In this document: positions 23,836 through 37,220 of the stretch, piece after piece
Numbering within the stretch: position 1 is the first letter of the stretch
Layout: each line of letters opens with the position of its first letter
Assembly (NCBI GenBank): GCA_028534125.1
Contig: CM052828.1
Coordinates: forward strand, 16,182,001-16,246,000
Origin: Lama glama
Lineage: Eukaryota
Reading direction: 5' to 3'
DNA length: 64,000 nt
Made by a program: the position numbers and the translations under genes
The notes under the pieces: model-generated
Database searches by the model: none
The model's input: the letters and a program-made list of their open reading frames with translations, nothing else
Told to the model about the DNA's origin: nothing

Positions 23836-26800
23836 CTGTGCCTTTTAACAGCCTCCTTGAAAACAAATTATGTTATTGCACAGAATTTGTAGGGTTCCAG
23901 GAGGAACTTCAAAAGTTATCACTTAAAGCCTTCAGCCAACTGAGAAACCATATAAGCAGTAACACAAAAATAAGTGACATATGTTCGAAGGGGCTATTTT
24001 CCATGGCTCACTTTTTCACACACATCCTCATTTGACTTTCCATTTCCCATAAAAAGCCACTTAGAGATTTTGCTCAGATGAGTGTCACTGCAGGTAAACA
24101 AATCAAATCGAGCGCTGCTATTATTACCAGCAGGACACTCAGGATTTACAGAGGCTGTGCCAGGCAGGGAGAAACCTCTGCAGCCCAGGTTGCCTCTGGA
24201 GGGCTCATCCAGGCTCCAAGTGGCTCATCAGATGAGTTTGACCTGCTTCTCAAACCTGAGGGCCAACAGCCACTTGCAGAACTCTTAAAGGAACCATCCT
24301 ATAGAGGCACTGCTGCCCCATTACTTATATGAAAAAGGGCATAAAACCTCAAAAGAAAAGCGCTCCTTCTAAGCACTCCTTTCCATAGACAGATCATGGA
24401 AATAAGCCTTGGATGTAATGAGCTGTGATCCACACAGGGAGAAAATGTCTTTTTTTAAAGGAAAAAAAAAAAAAAAAAGAAAAGCCATAGCAATGTTAAC
24501 CCAGAATAGCTATTGATCTGCGGTGCTTCCCCGCATTTTGTATGACAGGCTAGTACATGAAATGGTGACTGAGGACAGAGCGACTGCAACCTTACTTTCA
24601 ATTTCCCAGGTTGCATGTAGCTACAAAGAAGGCTGGGAAGCCTGTGTTTTCCTTTGTGGAAGCATTTTTGCACTTTGTCCTTTCCTGGGCCTTCCTGAGA
24701 ATGCTAGCAGTACTTCAGGACCTGAGGCAAGTGCTGAGTTATAATCAAAATTCACTTACTGAGCAGAGAAAACCATGTATTTACCATGCTTCTGGAGGTC
24801 ACCTTCATTTTCAATCTTATGATGGCGATTACACAGTAACCTGGGATTCCTTCAAGCAAGCTGATGCCTGTCCTTCTAAACGGCAGGCAGGGGCTTTCCC
24901 TGGGGAATGCAGACACCCTGGGTAAAGCCGCCGCACTCCTTCAGCCCACCCTAATTAAAAGGGGCATTTAGACTAGCTGGCCTGGAGCAGGAGAGACTTC
25001 TGCTTCCCAGAGAGGAAGACTCTGTATCGGAGCCATCTCTATGGACGTCAAGTGGCACGCTGTGTTGTCCTGTGTCTGTTTGTCTCTACCTGTAGGATGG
25101 CTCCTTGAAGGGATTGGGGTTCTGCCCCCCTGGTCTTCTAATGCCCCCCACTTCTTCTCCCCACCCCACAAAAAGTGACCAGAAAGGAGCTGGTGATCTT
25201 GGCTGGCTGCCCTCTGCTTCCTCGTTCACGGAGGTCACTGAAGTGTGGCCTGTGGGTTTCAGGCTGGCACCAGGAGGGCTCTGGCTCCTGGTCCTGATTT
25301 AGCACTGCTTTCTCCCTCGTGTCTTTTGCTTGGTTCCAAACCAAGAAAGACTTTCTCTCCTGGCTTCTCTCCCATCGACACTAGCTGCTTGTCCAATGCC
25401 CTGCCCCGGGCAGCCCTCTCTTCTTCTGCCCCATCTTTGAGGATGGACTAGCCAGTCTCTGCACCCAGGCCTCTTGGGGAAAGGGTCTGCAGTGACAGCC
25501 AGAGCCCCCATGGGGCCAGTCCTCAGTGCTTCCCAAGCAGACATCACTAAGCTGAAATTGGCTGGGCCACTTCCTCCCTTAACCACAGCACTTGATAAAC
25601 CAGTTTTTGAAAGAAGTCTAGCAAAACGCTTTCTGGCAAACTTCCGAAAGGCCCTTAGCAAGGCCAGCATCATTGCTGAGACTCCCAGTGCCCTCCCTGG
25701 CATCCAGACCTGAGAGTGTAACCTCCCCACCTTTCCTGGGAGACTATTCATGCCTCCATCCAGTCGGTCCAATCCCCGGAGCTCTTTTCTATTGTAACCC
25801 GTTAACCTTGAGTTGACAAACAGACAGACATGTGCATACACATCATGCATACACACACAGTGGGAGAGGCATATGGGACAAACATGGCTTTAAGTGCCTG
25901 ACAGATCCTAAATCTAAAATTAGTGCATTTTAGTACCATTACTTGAAGCATCTACATGCCTTTCATTCTAAGACCAACCTGTGCGGATGGATGTGTTGAG
26001 TGATGGTGGGGGTGGGGGTGGAACTGCATGGGGGAGGATGGAGATTATCAAAGGAGGGAACCCAGGAGAGACGGGTGGCAAAGGCAAACATCGCCTCTAG
26101 GTTCATGCGGTGATCTTTGGAAATCCTGTGCCCGCCCCAGGGCTTTCCTAACTCTGCTGGACACAGCGCAGCAGGCAGCTGAAGACCTGAATGTTGTTCT
26201 TAGAGATTTAGAAGTGGCCTTGGAGTGTTCAGCCTGAATACCTATTTTAAGGCAGTTAAAGTCTTCAAGATTGTTGAATAGGTCAGGTGTGGGTTACTCA
26301 GCTCTTCCCGGCACCGCCACCTTGGAGGGTCCCATCCCCAATCCTCTGGACATTTCACCATCTTCCTTAACTGCTCAGGCTGAAGGCTCCTCACAGCTAA
26401 ATTAGCACCGTGGATGGAGCCAGGGAGAGAATGAGGGAGGGGCCGGAGCTGGTGGTGCTCCCTCTCTGAGTTCTATTCTACAGGCTTCCCCTTGCCGCCT
26501 CCTTCAGCCCTTTGGTTTCTGTGAATACTGAATGATGCTTGACTCTGCAGGCACAGAGCAGTCATGCGGCTTTTCTGGTTAATGGTGATTGCAAATGAGG
26601 CTCCCGAGTCACATAACTCGGGGCAGAGTCCCGAGCAGTCATTTGGTGAGCGGTGTGCTGGTGATGGAATCACAGAGGAGGCTGAAGCTGGCGCGGAGAT
26701 GAGGCGAGCCCACTACCTCCCGCATCCAGTGGCCCCAGAGGACATTTTGTGGAACTCCCTTCACCACTGTCCCTCCAGCTGAAGGGACTGATCCAAAGAA

Positions 26801-27164
26801 ATGAGAAAATCGGGACTCAAAGCTTTCGTTGAAACCCACAGAGAGATCAGAGTTATTTGGACGGTTTCCCCGGGGGGAAGGCAGAATATTTTTCTAGCAA
26901 TTAACAATAAGAAAAAAATTAACTGTCTGGGGTGGTATTTCACCCCTAGCAAAGTGATCTTGACTCATCCAGCTCTGTTCCCCAGAGGGGAAAGCTAACC
27001 TGTTGAAACACTAAAAGTCACATGGAAGGGGTCAGCCTGGAGATTGGAGCCCACCCTTCCTGGGGGTCGGCGGCTCAGCGCGTGATGGGGAGAATGTCAG
27101 AGCTGGGGGGCTGAACCTTCTAAGTTCACAGTCGAGGAAATTGAGGCCAGAGATGGGGAGCAAC

Positions 27165-27607
27165 TTGAACTCCTTTCCCTTGGCTGCTGTAACAGATTAC
27201 CATAAATGGGGTAGCTTAAAATCAGAGAACTCTATTCTGTCACAGTTCAAGAGGCTGGAAGTCCATAGTCAAGGTGTTAGCGGGGCCAGGCTCCCTCCAA
27301 GGCTCCAGTCAAGAATCTGTTCCTTGCCTCATCTGGCTTCTGAGGGCTCCATGTGTTCTTTGGCTTGTGGCCCCATCCTTCCAATCTCTGCCTCTGTGGT
27401 CACGCTGCCACCTTCTCTTCTCTGTGTGTCTATCTTGTAAGGTGATTGCATTCAAGCCCTGCCTGGATAATCCAGGACAAGCTTCTCATTGCAAGATGCT
27501 TACTTTAATCACATCTTTAGTCATATAATATTCACTCCGTTGCTATTTAAGGTAATATTCACAGGTTCCAGGCATTACGATGTGAATGTATCTTTTCAAC
27601 CCACTAC
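27165..27607 (-). mobile_element. MaLR LTR (MLT1D-like) nested in a MIR (about 27120-27700)
   Basis: ggctgctgtaacagattaccataa, ggataatccagga, aggtaatattcacaggttccagg; MIR halves on both sides. Confidence 0.85.
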
Positions 27608-28084
27608 TTGACTTTTGCAGCGTCAACCTACTTAGTGACAGAACTGGAACAAGAAGTTAGGTCTCCTAATGTCAGACCTACAGCCCCTGCACCACCCCAC
27701 GCTGCCTGTCAATTTGCCCAAACTAAATATCCCTTGCTTGGGTGCAAGCTAGGAGCGTGAAAATTGCAGAGGCCTTCTTCCTGGGCCAGCAGCGTGACCC
27801 CCCAAGGGCTGCACCACACACCCTTCCATCTCCCCCTCACCAGACCCACAGTCCCTTAGATGGAGCCTCTTCATCCTCCTCCTCCCTTACTCCGCTGTCC
27901 TTTCCATAAATCTTCTTTCCTCTTCCTTTTTGAATTCTTTTAAAATAACATAATTAACACGGAGGCAAATGCATCATATTTAAAAAAAATCAAACGATAG
28001 AGACACATCATCGAAAGCATTAAGCGTTATATTTTGCTCTTGGTGCTGATTTTGTAAACCCTCCAGATTGACATGGGGAGAAAC

Positions 28085-28270
28085 CATGGGTGTAGGGAAA
28101 AATCACGGGCTTTGGCAGGGACGGGCCCGAATGCAAATCCAGGCGGTGTCATTTGCTGATGCGTGACCTTGAAGAAATGACTTAGCCTCTCAGAGGCTCC
28201 GTTTTCTCCTCTATAAAATGGGGAGAAAAACACCCACCTTCCATGGTGGCTGTGAGGAGTGAAGGAGCTC
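28085..28270 (+). mobile_element. MIR SINE
   Basis: gtgaccttgaagaaatgacttagcctctcagaggctccgttttctcctctataaaatgggg. Confidence 0.7.
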
Positions 28271-29127
28271 ACAGAAGGAAACTGTCTGCCCCGGAGGAGA
28301 CGGTCGGTAGTCGTAAACAGCGGCAGTCACTGTCCACAAGGTCATGACGATAACAGCTAAAAGCAGCTCCTCCGAAGCTGGAGTCCACTCCCCACAAGCC
28401 CGCCTTCTGTCTTTCTCCACCTTCCCTCCCTCCCTGCAGGCCTTGCTGTTCCTTAGTATTCGGCAATTGCCCTTGGCCTTGAAGAGAATTTTGAATAGAA
28501 CAAACTTCTTGCCTTCTGTAAAAGTCAGATTTGTCCTGAATGCCTAACTTCAAAGAAAGCCTTGAACCCCACTTGGGTTCTGAGCCCAAAAGTCCAGTGG
28601 GAAAGAGGCCAGGTCTCGGGAGGACACGGGCCCACGGTGGCACAGGGGCTGAGAGCTGGTGCCCCTCATTGGCGGAGCCATGTGGATAAGGCCCCTTCCC
28701 CACCCACCCGAGGCTGCCCCTCATGACTTATGCGTGCCTTCTTTCCATGAGCAGCAGCTGAGTAAGCAATCTGTGAGGGACACCTGATGCAGAAGAGGGG
28801 GTGGGTCTGAGGTGAGTGACAGCACTGAGAGATGCAGCGGGGCGGGCAGAGGTAGGGGGGCAGAGACTGCACGCTCCCTGGGAGACTGGACACTTCCTCT
28901 CTGCCCTTCGGTTCATCCTACCTTGAGGAAGCGGCTTCCCCCTGAGCAGGGCGTGGATGAAGCGGTCTGATGCTGAAGGGAGGCTGCAGCCTCTGGAATC
29001 AAGGGAGGGCCAGGGACTCTCTGATCTTTCTGAGCCAAGAAAGAATGTCTGGATCCCACTGTCATCAGACAATTTAAAAAAAAACACTGAGCTAGGCCAT
29101 GGGGCTAAGTCCCCTTTACTCCAGTCT

Positions 29128-29174
29128 ACACACACACACACGCACACACACACACGCGCACACACACACACACA
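29128..29174. repeat. Interrupted (CA)n/(CG) microsatellite
   Basis: Directly visible alternating purine-pyrimidine tract. Confidence 0.9.
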
Positions 29175-29399
29175 AAAGAGATGGTAATTCTGAGATGCCA
29201 GCCTGTTTGGACTCTGAGTGGTCTCTGAATAGCCACGCAAGATCACAGGATGCAAAGCCCGGTGGATGGGGGAAACCTGGTCCCCAGCACTGGTGGTGAA
29301 AGAATGGAGATGAACAAGATCTTTCTCCCCATCCAACCAGCCTCAAGAAAGAGGTAAAGGGAGAAAGTAGTGATGGGAAAGAAAAGAGTAACATTCCAG

Positions 29400-29590
29400 T
29401 TGAGGTTCTAGAGTATGGGCTTTGGAGTCAGATTAATCTGGGTATGAATCCAATGCTGTCACTTTCCTTGAGCAATCTCCCTGACCTCCCTGAGCCTGCA
29501 TTTCCTCAACTACAAAATGACTATAAAATATTATGATGTACACAGCACCCAGCACCTAACACACATTCCACAAATCACTGCTAATAAGTG
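29400..29590 (+). mobile_element. MIR SINE
   Basis: gggctttggagtcagattaatctgggtatgaatcc...ctgagcctgcatttcctca. Confidence 0.65.
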
Positions 29591-29938
29591 GAGTCCCTTA
29601 GAGATGTTACCTGATGAGCAGATTCTTTTGCTCAACTTGTAAGAGTGATCAAACTTCTCCTACTCAAACTGGATGCTGGGGGAAAGATGGGGAAGGGTCA
29701 ACAGTATAAGGACCTGTCTGCTGAGTGACCAAGATTTTGAAGCATGGTAGGTTCAAGCTAAGAGAACCAGAGCAGTGTTCCAATTCCAGGTCCTGGTCTA
29801 AAAGATGAGGCCCAAATGGGTGATACCCAAGGTAACAGCCGATGAGGGGCACAGTCCACTGTTCTATCTGTGCCACCATACTGCTGGGGGACCAGGGTGT
29901 TGGATAAGGACACTTCCTTCTGTAATATGACTGCCCGC

Positions 29939-29939
<1 letters not shown>

Positions 29940-29981
<42 letters not shown>
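29940..29981. repeat. (AC)21 microsatellite
   Basis: Directly visible, perfect. Confidence 0.97.
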
Positions 29982-29983
<2 letters not shown>

Positions 29984-30879
29984 CATCTTCCCAGGAAGCC
30001 CTTATCCTCAGGACCTTGCCAGGGTGTAAATCAGCCAGGCAACAGTGGGGCATTAAAAAGGCAATGATCCTCGTATTGCTAGTGCTGGCACAAATACACG
30101 GCGAGGAACCCGAGTGAAATCACCTAAGCCAAGAAGCCATAAACCCAGACTTTCAAATAGCAGGGTGGATCAAGTTCTGCACAAAGGGCTACATTTTCAT
30201 CTTGACCGTGGGCCCAGGATAAAAGCACCATCAGAAAACAGATCTGACACCAACGTAATATTTTTAGCAGAAGAACAGGGTCCTTATGGATACTTTAGAA
30301 TTGAGGTCTAACAGGAAATGTCAGTTTACTTGCAAGATGCTGTGTCTCTTAATAATTTCTTGGTCTTTTAATGTATTTTTAATCATGAACCGGTGATCAC
30401 GAGGGAGCTGTGGCTGCAGGGCTGTCTCCACGCAGCACCGGGAACTCCAGCCAGGAGAGAGGCCTGCAGAAGGGGCAGAGCCAGGCCCCCCACCCCCTCC
30501 AGGACAAAACTGGAGAGGGTCCTCTACGGAGGGGAAAGGCCATTGCAGACCACGTTGGGAGCGGGAAGACAGGGTTAGCTTGGCACTAGGAAGGCTCCAC
30601 AGAGATGGAACCAAATCCAGATCAATACCAGATTTGACAAAAGACTAGCCAGCAAGTCTAGCCATTTACTCAGCTTTATAGCCAGATGCCATGGTCCCTC
30701 ATGTCTAACTTCTACAACTTGGCCAAGGATGTGCCAGGAAGTCTGAGGCAAGTAGCCACTCAGAACCTCGGGTTCCTTTTCTATAAATTAGAGGTATATT
30801 GTGACTTAGGCTAAGCTGGCTACATATCCTGAAACCCTCAGACGGTAGTTTTTTCCCCTGTCTCAGTGATCCACAATAA

Positions 30880-31075
30880 TAACAGTAATGATAAGAACAA
30901 GCACAAAATAGCTACCATTTACTGACAGCACACTCCGCCCAGGAACTGTGTTAAATGCCATGCATTTAATTCTCCCCAGGAAGTACTAGACTATTATCAG
31001 CCTCCATTATACAGAATATCAAAGCAGAGGAAAATGAAAGAGTTTGCTCAACATTACACAACTCTCTGTGGTGGA
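30880..31075 (-). mobile_element. MIR SINE
   Basis: aatagctaccatttactga...caggaactgtgttaaatg...tattatcagcctccattatacaga. Confidence 0.6.
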
Positions 31076-31191
31076 ACCCTTTAAAATTAAAATCCTGTGC
31101 TTTTAAGCGCTTCTTGATACGTCATCCCTCAGTGTTCTCTTTTCACAACAAAAAACCAGCTGTAGGACTAATATTGAGTATATTATGTTTC

Positions 31192-31294
31192 TTTTTTGTT
31201 TGTTTTTTGTTTTTTTAATAGAGGTACTGGGGATTGAACCCAGGACCTTGTGCTTGCTAAGCATACGCTCTACCACTGAGCTATTACCCCCCCC
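31192..31294 (-). mobile_element. tRNA-Ala-derived camelid SINE (Vic-1-like)
   Basis: Reverse complement GGGGGGGGTAATAGCTCAGTGGTAGAGCG...GGTTCAATCCCCAGTACCTC plus A tail; TSD AGTATATTAT(G/A)TTTC at 31177-31191 and 31296-31310. Confidence 0.9.
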
Positions 31295-31742
31295 AAGTAT
31301 ATTATATTTCATTTAAAAATACTGAGCTGGGATCCTGCCTCATTCACCCTGTATGTGCATACATCAAACACACACAGATGCTCCAGCTCTTGGTGGATGT
31401 TCCTGTGAAGTATGTTCTAGGCTTCTCTGTGCTGCCCAGAGTCACCTCATCCAGCAGCCCTGACATCTGGGGAAAGTCCCAGAGGCTGCAGAGGGCTCAC
31501 AGGGGACACTGAAGTGAAGGAACTAAAGGAATTCTGTGAGGACAGTGCCTAGACTTGAGGAATGTGTCATCACCACCATTCCCAGCCCCCAGGACTCCTG
31601 ATGCTCCCAGGGCCCCTCAGGGTGTTGGCGTGGAGGACCAGGGAAGGGGCGCTGGTACTGCAGGTACCTCTACCACCCCCAGCCCTGCTTGGTCTCCCCA
31701 TAAGCAGGAGGGCTGACGAGTACGTTAAGAAGCTGCCTCATT

Positions 31743-33145
31743 GGAAAGACAGTCTCTTCAGCAAGAAATGTTGGGAAAGCTGGACAGCTGCATGTAAATT
31801 AGAACACTCCCTCACATCATGCACAAAATACACAAAAACAAACTCAAAATGCCTTAAAGGACTAAATATAAGACAAGACACCATAAAACTCCTGGAAGAG
31901 AACATAGGCAAAACTTTCTTTGACGTAAATCATGGCAATATTTTCTTAGATCAGTCTCCCAAGGCAAAAGAAATAAAAGCAAAAATAAACAAATGGGACC
32001 TAATCAAACTTAAAAGCTTTTGCACAGCAAAGGAAACCATAAACAAAATGAAAAGACATGATGGACTAGGATAAAATATTTGCATACAATGTAACCAACA
32101 AGAGGTTAATTTCCAAAATATACAAATAGTGTANNNNNNNNNNNNNNNNNNNNNNNNNNNNNNNNNNNNNNNNNNNNNNNNNNNNNNNNNNNNNNNNNNN
32201 NNNNNNNNNNNNNNNNNNNNNNNNNNNNNNNNNNNNNNNNNNNNNNNNNNNNNNNNNNNNNNNNNNNNNNNNNNNNNNNNNNNNNNNNNNNNNNNNNNNN
32301 NNNNNNNNNNNNNNNNNNNNNNNNNNNNNNNNNNNNNNNNNNNNNNNNNNNNNNNNNNNNNNNNNNNNNNNNNNNNNNNNNNNNNNNNNNNNNNNNNNNN
32401 NNNNNNNNNNNNNNNNNNNNNNNNNNNNNNNNNNNNNNNNNNNNNNNNNNNNNNNNNNNNNNNNNNNNNNNNNNNNNNNNNNNNNNNNNNNNNNNNNNNN
32501 NNNNNNNNNAAGATGAAAACTCAAATTTGAAAAGATACATGCACCTCAATGTTCATAGCAGCATGATTTACAATAGCCAAGACATGAGAACAACCTAAGT
32601 GTCCATTAACTGATGAACAGATAAAGAAGATGTGGTATATACAGACAATGGACTATTACTCAGCCATAAAAAAGAGTGAAATCCTATCATTGGCAGCAAC
32701 ATGGATGGACCTAGAGATTATCATACTAAGTGAAGTAAGTCAGACAAAGACAAATATTATATGATATCACATATATGTGGAACCTAAAAAATAATACAAA
32801 TGAACTTATTTATAAAATAAAAAGACTCACAGACATAGGAAACAAACTATGGTTACCAAAAGGGAAAACAGGAAGGGGAGGGACAAATTAGAAGTATGGG
32901 ATTAACAGATACACACCTCTTTGTATAAAATAGAAAAACAACAAGGTCCTACTGTACGGCACAGGGAATTATAGTCAATATCTTGTAATAACCTATAACG
33001 GAAAAGAATCTAAAAAAGAATATATATATATAAATATAACTGAATCACTTTGCTGTGCATCAGAAACTAACACAATATTGTAAATCAACTATAGTTCAAT
33101 TAAATTAATATGTAAAAAACAAAAGACCAAAAAACAAGAAAAAAA
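31743..33145 (+). mobile_element. Younger L1, 5'-truncated (ORF2 C-terminal part, 3' UTR, A tail; gap 32134-32509)
   Basis: Peptide KDSLFSKKCWESW...KINKWDLIKLKSFCTAKETINK is L1 ORF2p; typical 3' UTR; A-rich tail. Confidence 0.92.
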
Positions 33146-33689
33146 GTGTCCTCGTTGAAGCCCAAGTAATATATCTGTTTGTCGTAATTAAATAAATGCC
33201 AGTTGGACCCTTCTCAGCATGCTTACTGAAGCCAGTGCCAGACACATGAGGCTCTCCAAGAACCCGAGAGAAATTAGAGCAGAAAGCCGAGCTCCCAGGC
33301 ACTTATCACCGCTCCAGGAAAACACCCAGCGGAGGTTTCCTTAGAACCAAGAGGCTGAACTTCTATCTGCAGTCTGGCTCCGTTCCCATGGGGTCTTGAG
33401 CAAGTCATTTAACCTTGGCTTCTCCATCTGTCAGGTGAGAGGTGACACTTGCTCTGTGCTTCCCTCCAAGGTGACCTTGGTGTGCACAGACGGCTCTTCA
33501 TTGCTGACCTCATCCACACGCGGCCGCTTTTCAAAAGGGGTTTGAGACGATTTCCGTCAAATGGTGGAATGAACAGATGAATAAAATGGAAGATGCACAC
33601 AGTTAATTGTACAAGCTTAACCCACTTATCCTGGGTGACAGAAACTTCGTAGAAAAGTGAAATTCTACAGATGTATTTTAAACACTTCT

Positions 33690-33920
33690 CGGTGTACTGG
33701 AAAGATCGTGGCCTTTGGACTCAGACGTGACTTCAAGTTTAGTTCCCATATTCATAGCTGTGTGACCCTTGGCAAATGACTTAACCCCTCTGAGCTTCAT
33801 TTTCCTTGTCTATAATGAGATAAACAGTGTGAAGCTGGTGGGGGAATAAATATGACAAATACATGCAAAAGCACCTAGATTAGTGCCCAGCAAAAAGCAG
33901 TGCCCTCATAAATGTTGATT
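33690..33920 (+). mobile_element. MIR SINE
   Basis: agctgtgtgacccttggcaaatgacttaacccctctgagcttcattttcc. Confidence 0.75.
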
Positions 33921-35069
33921 TCTTTTTGCCTTCCTTCCTTCCCTCTTCTTTTCATTTTTTTCCACGTTAAATGAGGAAGTCTCCAGGAAACACTTCTGAC
34001 ATTATTTGATTAGTGGGTTAGAGGGGGCTCTCTGGGAATGAGAAAGAGCTTGATATTTTGAGAGGAAGAGAGCCTTGTCAGGCAGGGAAGGGGCAAATTT
34101 TCAAGATGAGTGACTCAGTTAACTTATCCAAAGTTACCAGATGAGTCTTTTGCATTCTCTGTGTCCTGTTTTTGTTATCTGGGTGTGGAATCAATAAGAC
34201 GGGTTCTCCCTCTACCTCAGGTTCCCCGAGGGCATCTGGGAGTAGAACAGAGAATGCTAGGAGGATGTTTTTTCCACGTGAATCTGGGAAGAGCAGGGGC
34301 AGCGCCAGGGGCACAACTCCAGACAGCCACGAAGCTTCGCAACACTAGGATCAGGGGGCGCTAGGACCTGCCGTTCCCCTGTTCCCAGAGCAGGTGCTGG
34401 GACAGCAGATGTCTTAGAAAATAAAGATGACAAATGCAATTCCTTCTTACTCTCTGAGGTCATGTGAGTGTGTACAGGCCAGCAAAGAGACAGCCAGCAA
34501 AATTCCAGGTAACTGGTTGGCACCAGCATCAGGGACATGCGGCAGCAGGAAGCAGCCCGTACCGCCTCCTCTGTGAAGCCTTTCCTGATAACCCCTCTCC
34601 CCAGGGCGAATCAATTCTGCCTTTCCGCCTCACTGATCTCTGAATTGATGCCATCACAGCTCTCAGACTTTTTCATTCTATGCAACCATTTGCACATCTG
34701 TTTCCCTGTCACACAGTGAGTCCCCCGAGGGCTCTGTATCCCCGGGTCTAGTGTAAATGACCGGCATGCAGTAGATGCTAATGAATGTTGGTCTAATTAA
34801 TAAACAAAAGGTTCGGAACTATAAGAACATGGCAAAGCAGAAGAACTGAGCAGGTTAGCAAGACGGAGCCTCAAGAGCAGGGAAAGAGACAGAATCTCTC
34901 TCCCGAAGCCTACACTAAGCTCGAAACTCGTATGAGTGGCACAGCCAGGTTATAAGGCCACAGCTAGACCAGCAGTGACACTTGGCTGAGCCCCCTAGAT
35001 CCCTCCCACCTCAGGACAGTGTTGGGTTTCTGAGCCCGAACTGGGCCTGGGTTCATAGTTGGGGTCAAA

Positions 35070-35315
35070 TGTAGTATGATGCTGAGTGACAGACTTTGGG
35101 GCCACGCTGCCTGGGTTCAGCTACTGCTTCTGCAGCTATAAGCCATGCAACTTCGGACTTGCAACTTAGCTTTTTATGCCTCAGTTTCTCCATCTGTAAA
35201 ATGGGAATACTAATAGTAGTACTTGCATCCTAGGGTTGTTGTAAGGACTAAATGAGTTAATATAGCAAAGTGCTTGCTACAGAGTAAATGCTGCACGGGT
35301 GTTAGCTATTACTAC
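35070..35315 (+). mobile_element. MIR SINE
   Basis: tgcctcagtttctccatctgtaaaatgggaatactaatagta...taaatgagttaata. Confidence 0.8.
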
Positions 35316-35729
35316 TGCTGCTGCTTGCTATTGTCATCACTCCCAGATGTTAGTTCATGGTCCCGACGGTGATGCAGTGTAAGGAGAAAGAAAAACCCGG
35401 TGGGCTCTGGCTTCCATCCACACTATTATAACTGCTCTAACTTCAGCTGGCTGGTTGATCGCCTGAAGGTCAGGGCCCCACATGCCGTAGACAAGTGTTT
35501 TGATTTCCACTTCATGAGAGCCGAGGAGTCACTATTACGAATGTGCCACAGGTGCTTTTAAAAGAACATGGACTTGGGGTTGGTTTGCTGATATACGCAA
35601 ATGAACCAGAGGGCTTTGAGGTTTAGGCTTTCTGTCTTTATAGTCTATCTAAAGGTGACGAAAGAACATTAAAATGCTCCTTTAGATGTTAAAGGGAAGT
35701 TCCTTTTTGTTTTTAAATACACCCTGAAA

Positions 35730-35935
35730 AATCATTTACTATGAGCCAGGCACACTTCTGATTATAAATATTAACTCATTTAATCCTCAAAATAACCCTA
35801 TGAAATAGGGTGATAAGTATCACTACCTTATAGATGAGGAATGAGGCACAGAGAGGGTAAGCAATGTGCCCACAGCCACACAGCAGGGAGGGGTGGAGCC
35901 AGGATCATGAACTCAGGAGCCTGGCCCCCAAGCTG
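35730..35935 (-). mobile_element. MIR SINE
   Basis: attaactcatttaatcctcaaaataaccctatga...agatgaggaatgaggcacagagagg. Confidence 0.8.
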
Positions 35936-37009
35936 TTTCTGTGTCTCCTGTGACACCACTTTTCAGAAGACCTAAGTTTGCGTAAATGCACACGAAGGTA
36001 AGCGGGCCTCTCCCAGCCCAGGGTGGGTTGAGCCACCTGCTGGTCCCAGGGTCCCTCATCCAGAGAGTCCCGGCTTCCCTGCTGGAAGGAAAGACCCAGA
36101 CTCCATGAGACTCCCCGGGCTGACTCCGGACTGCCCAGCTTGGGAAGGGAGGTTTCATGGTCCCCAGAAAGTGAGCTGAGAACCCAAGGGACAGACCCCA
36201 CAAGGTCAAGGACACTGCCTACTGGCTACGGGCTCTCGGCTCCCAGGGACCACAGCCCTGGAACCTGAGACCTGCAGAGGTGGATCGCCTCTTCCCCTTG
36301 GTTCTGTTGCCTCTCAGATGGGCCCAACTCAGACACAGGGCTTGGGGCCTGGGGGAACGTCCTCCCTCTTCTCAGCAAGTGGAGGAGCCCCAGGGAGCCC
36401 CACAGGCGCCAGATACCAGTAAACAGGTCTATGTGATCGCCAGGCCTTCACAACTGGAAGCCTTTCCCTTCCCCAGACAGAGATAAATGTTGAGAACTCA
36501 GTGGTGATGAAAACATTGTAAAGCGCCACGCACAGCATGTTTAGTTACAAAAGCCAGGAATAATTGCTTCAGCCTTGCTGCTAAGAGAACCAGTTGTTGA
36601 GTCCGGGATAATTCTAGAAAGAAATTGGCATTCGGGGATTAATTGTTTAGAATGTAACGACCGCTACAACCCAAACTAATGAGAACAGAAGGCCGTTTCT
36701 AATTTGAATCTCAGGAATGAAGCAGGCTTTGCCAGGCTGGCTGGTGCAGAAAAAGAGAATGGAGGGGCTTTTTTTTTTTTTTTTAAACACCTCACTACTG
36801 ATTGGGCGAAAAATCAGAAAGCATTTTGCAAGAACAGCTTCTGAGAAGACTGGCCAGAAGTCTGTACAGACGCCTCAGGAAAACTCTTGATTGATGATTA
36901 AAAGCCCGGCTGAGCTCTTCCTAGAAGCCCTGAGCAGGTTTGGGGGCAGCAAGGTAGCAGGTGGTGGGGGGTGGGGGAGGTCATCACCACGCCGAGGGGA
37001 GGGGAGGCG

Positions 37010-37220
37010 GCGAGGCATGGAGTCAGACCCGCCCCTGACACTCCAGCCTGACCTTCAGCAGATCACCTCTTCTTTCTCAATCTGTCCCTTCCTGCAAAAC
37101 TGGGATGGACTGCAGCACATACCCTGACAACTTCAATGGCTTGTTGTGGGGATCAAATGAGAAAACATCTGGCAAAGTGCTTTGTGATCTTTAAATCGCA
37201 CTGTGAGGGGAGAGTATTAT
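37010..37220 (+). mobile_element. MIR SINE
   Basis: tggagtcagacc...ttgttgtggggatcaaatgaga...aaagtgctttg. Confidence 0.55.

Noticed and set aside
24078-24332. Protein-looking 84-aa ATG ORF
   Set aside because: No recognisable homology or exon structure; length expected by chance.
25299-25856. 185-aa minus-strand ORF with an overlapping plus-strand ORF
   Set aside because: No recognisable domain; GC-rich intronic sequence; no supporting signals.
26401-26421. REST/RE1-like motif ATTAGCACCGTGGATGGAGCC
   Set aside because: About 15/21 match, with the critical GGACAG core altered.
28728-30067. ORFs with CVCVCV/HTHTHT runs
   Set aside because: Translations of (CA)n microsatellites; not the His-rich SIAH3 exon 2.
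32066-32549. X-rich ORFs spanning N-gaps (also near 14.0, 38.1, 49.1, 62.0 and 62.9 kb)
   Set aside because: Gap artefacts.
34345-34363. CTCF-like CAGGGGGCGCTA
   Set aside because: The left-half CC of the motif is missing; weak.
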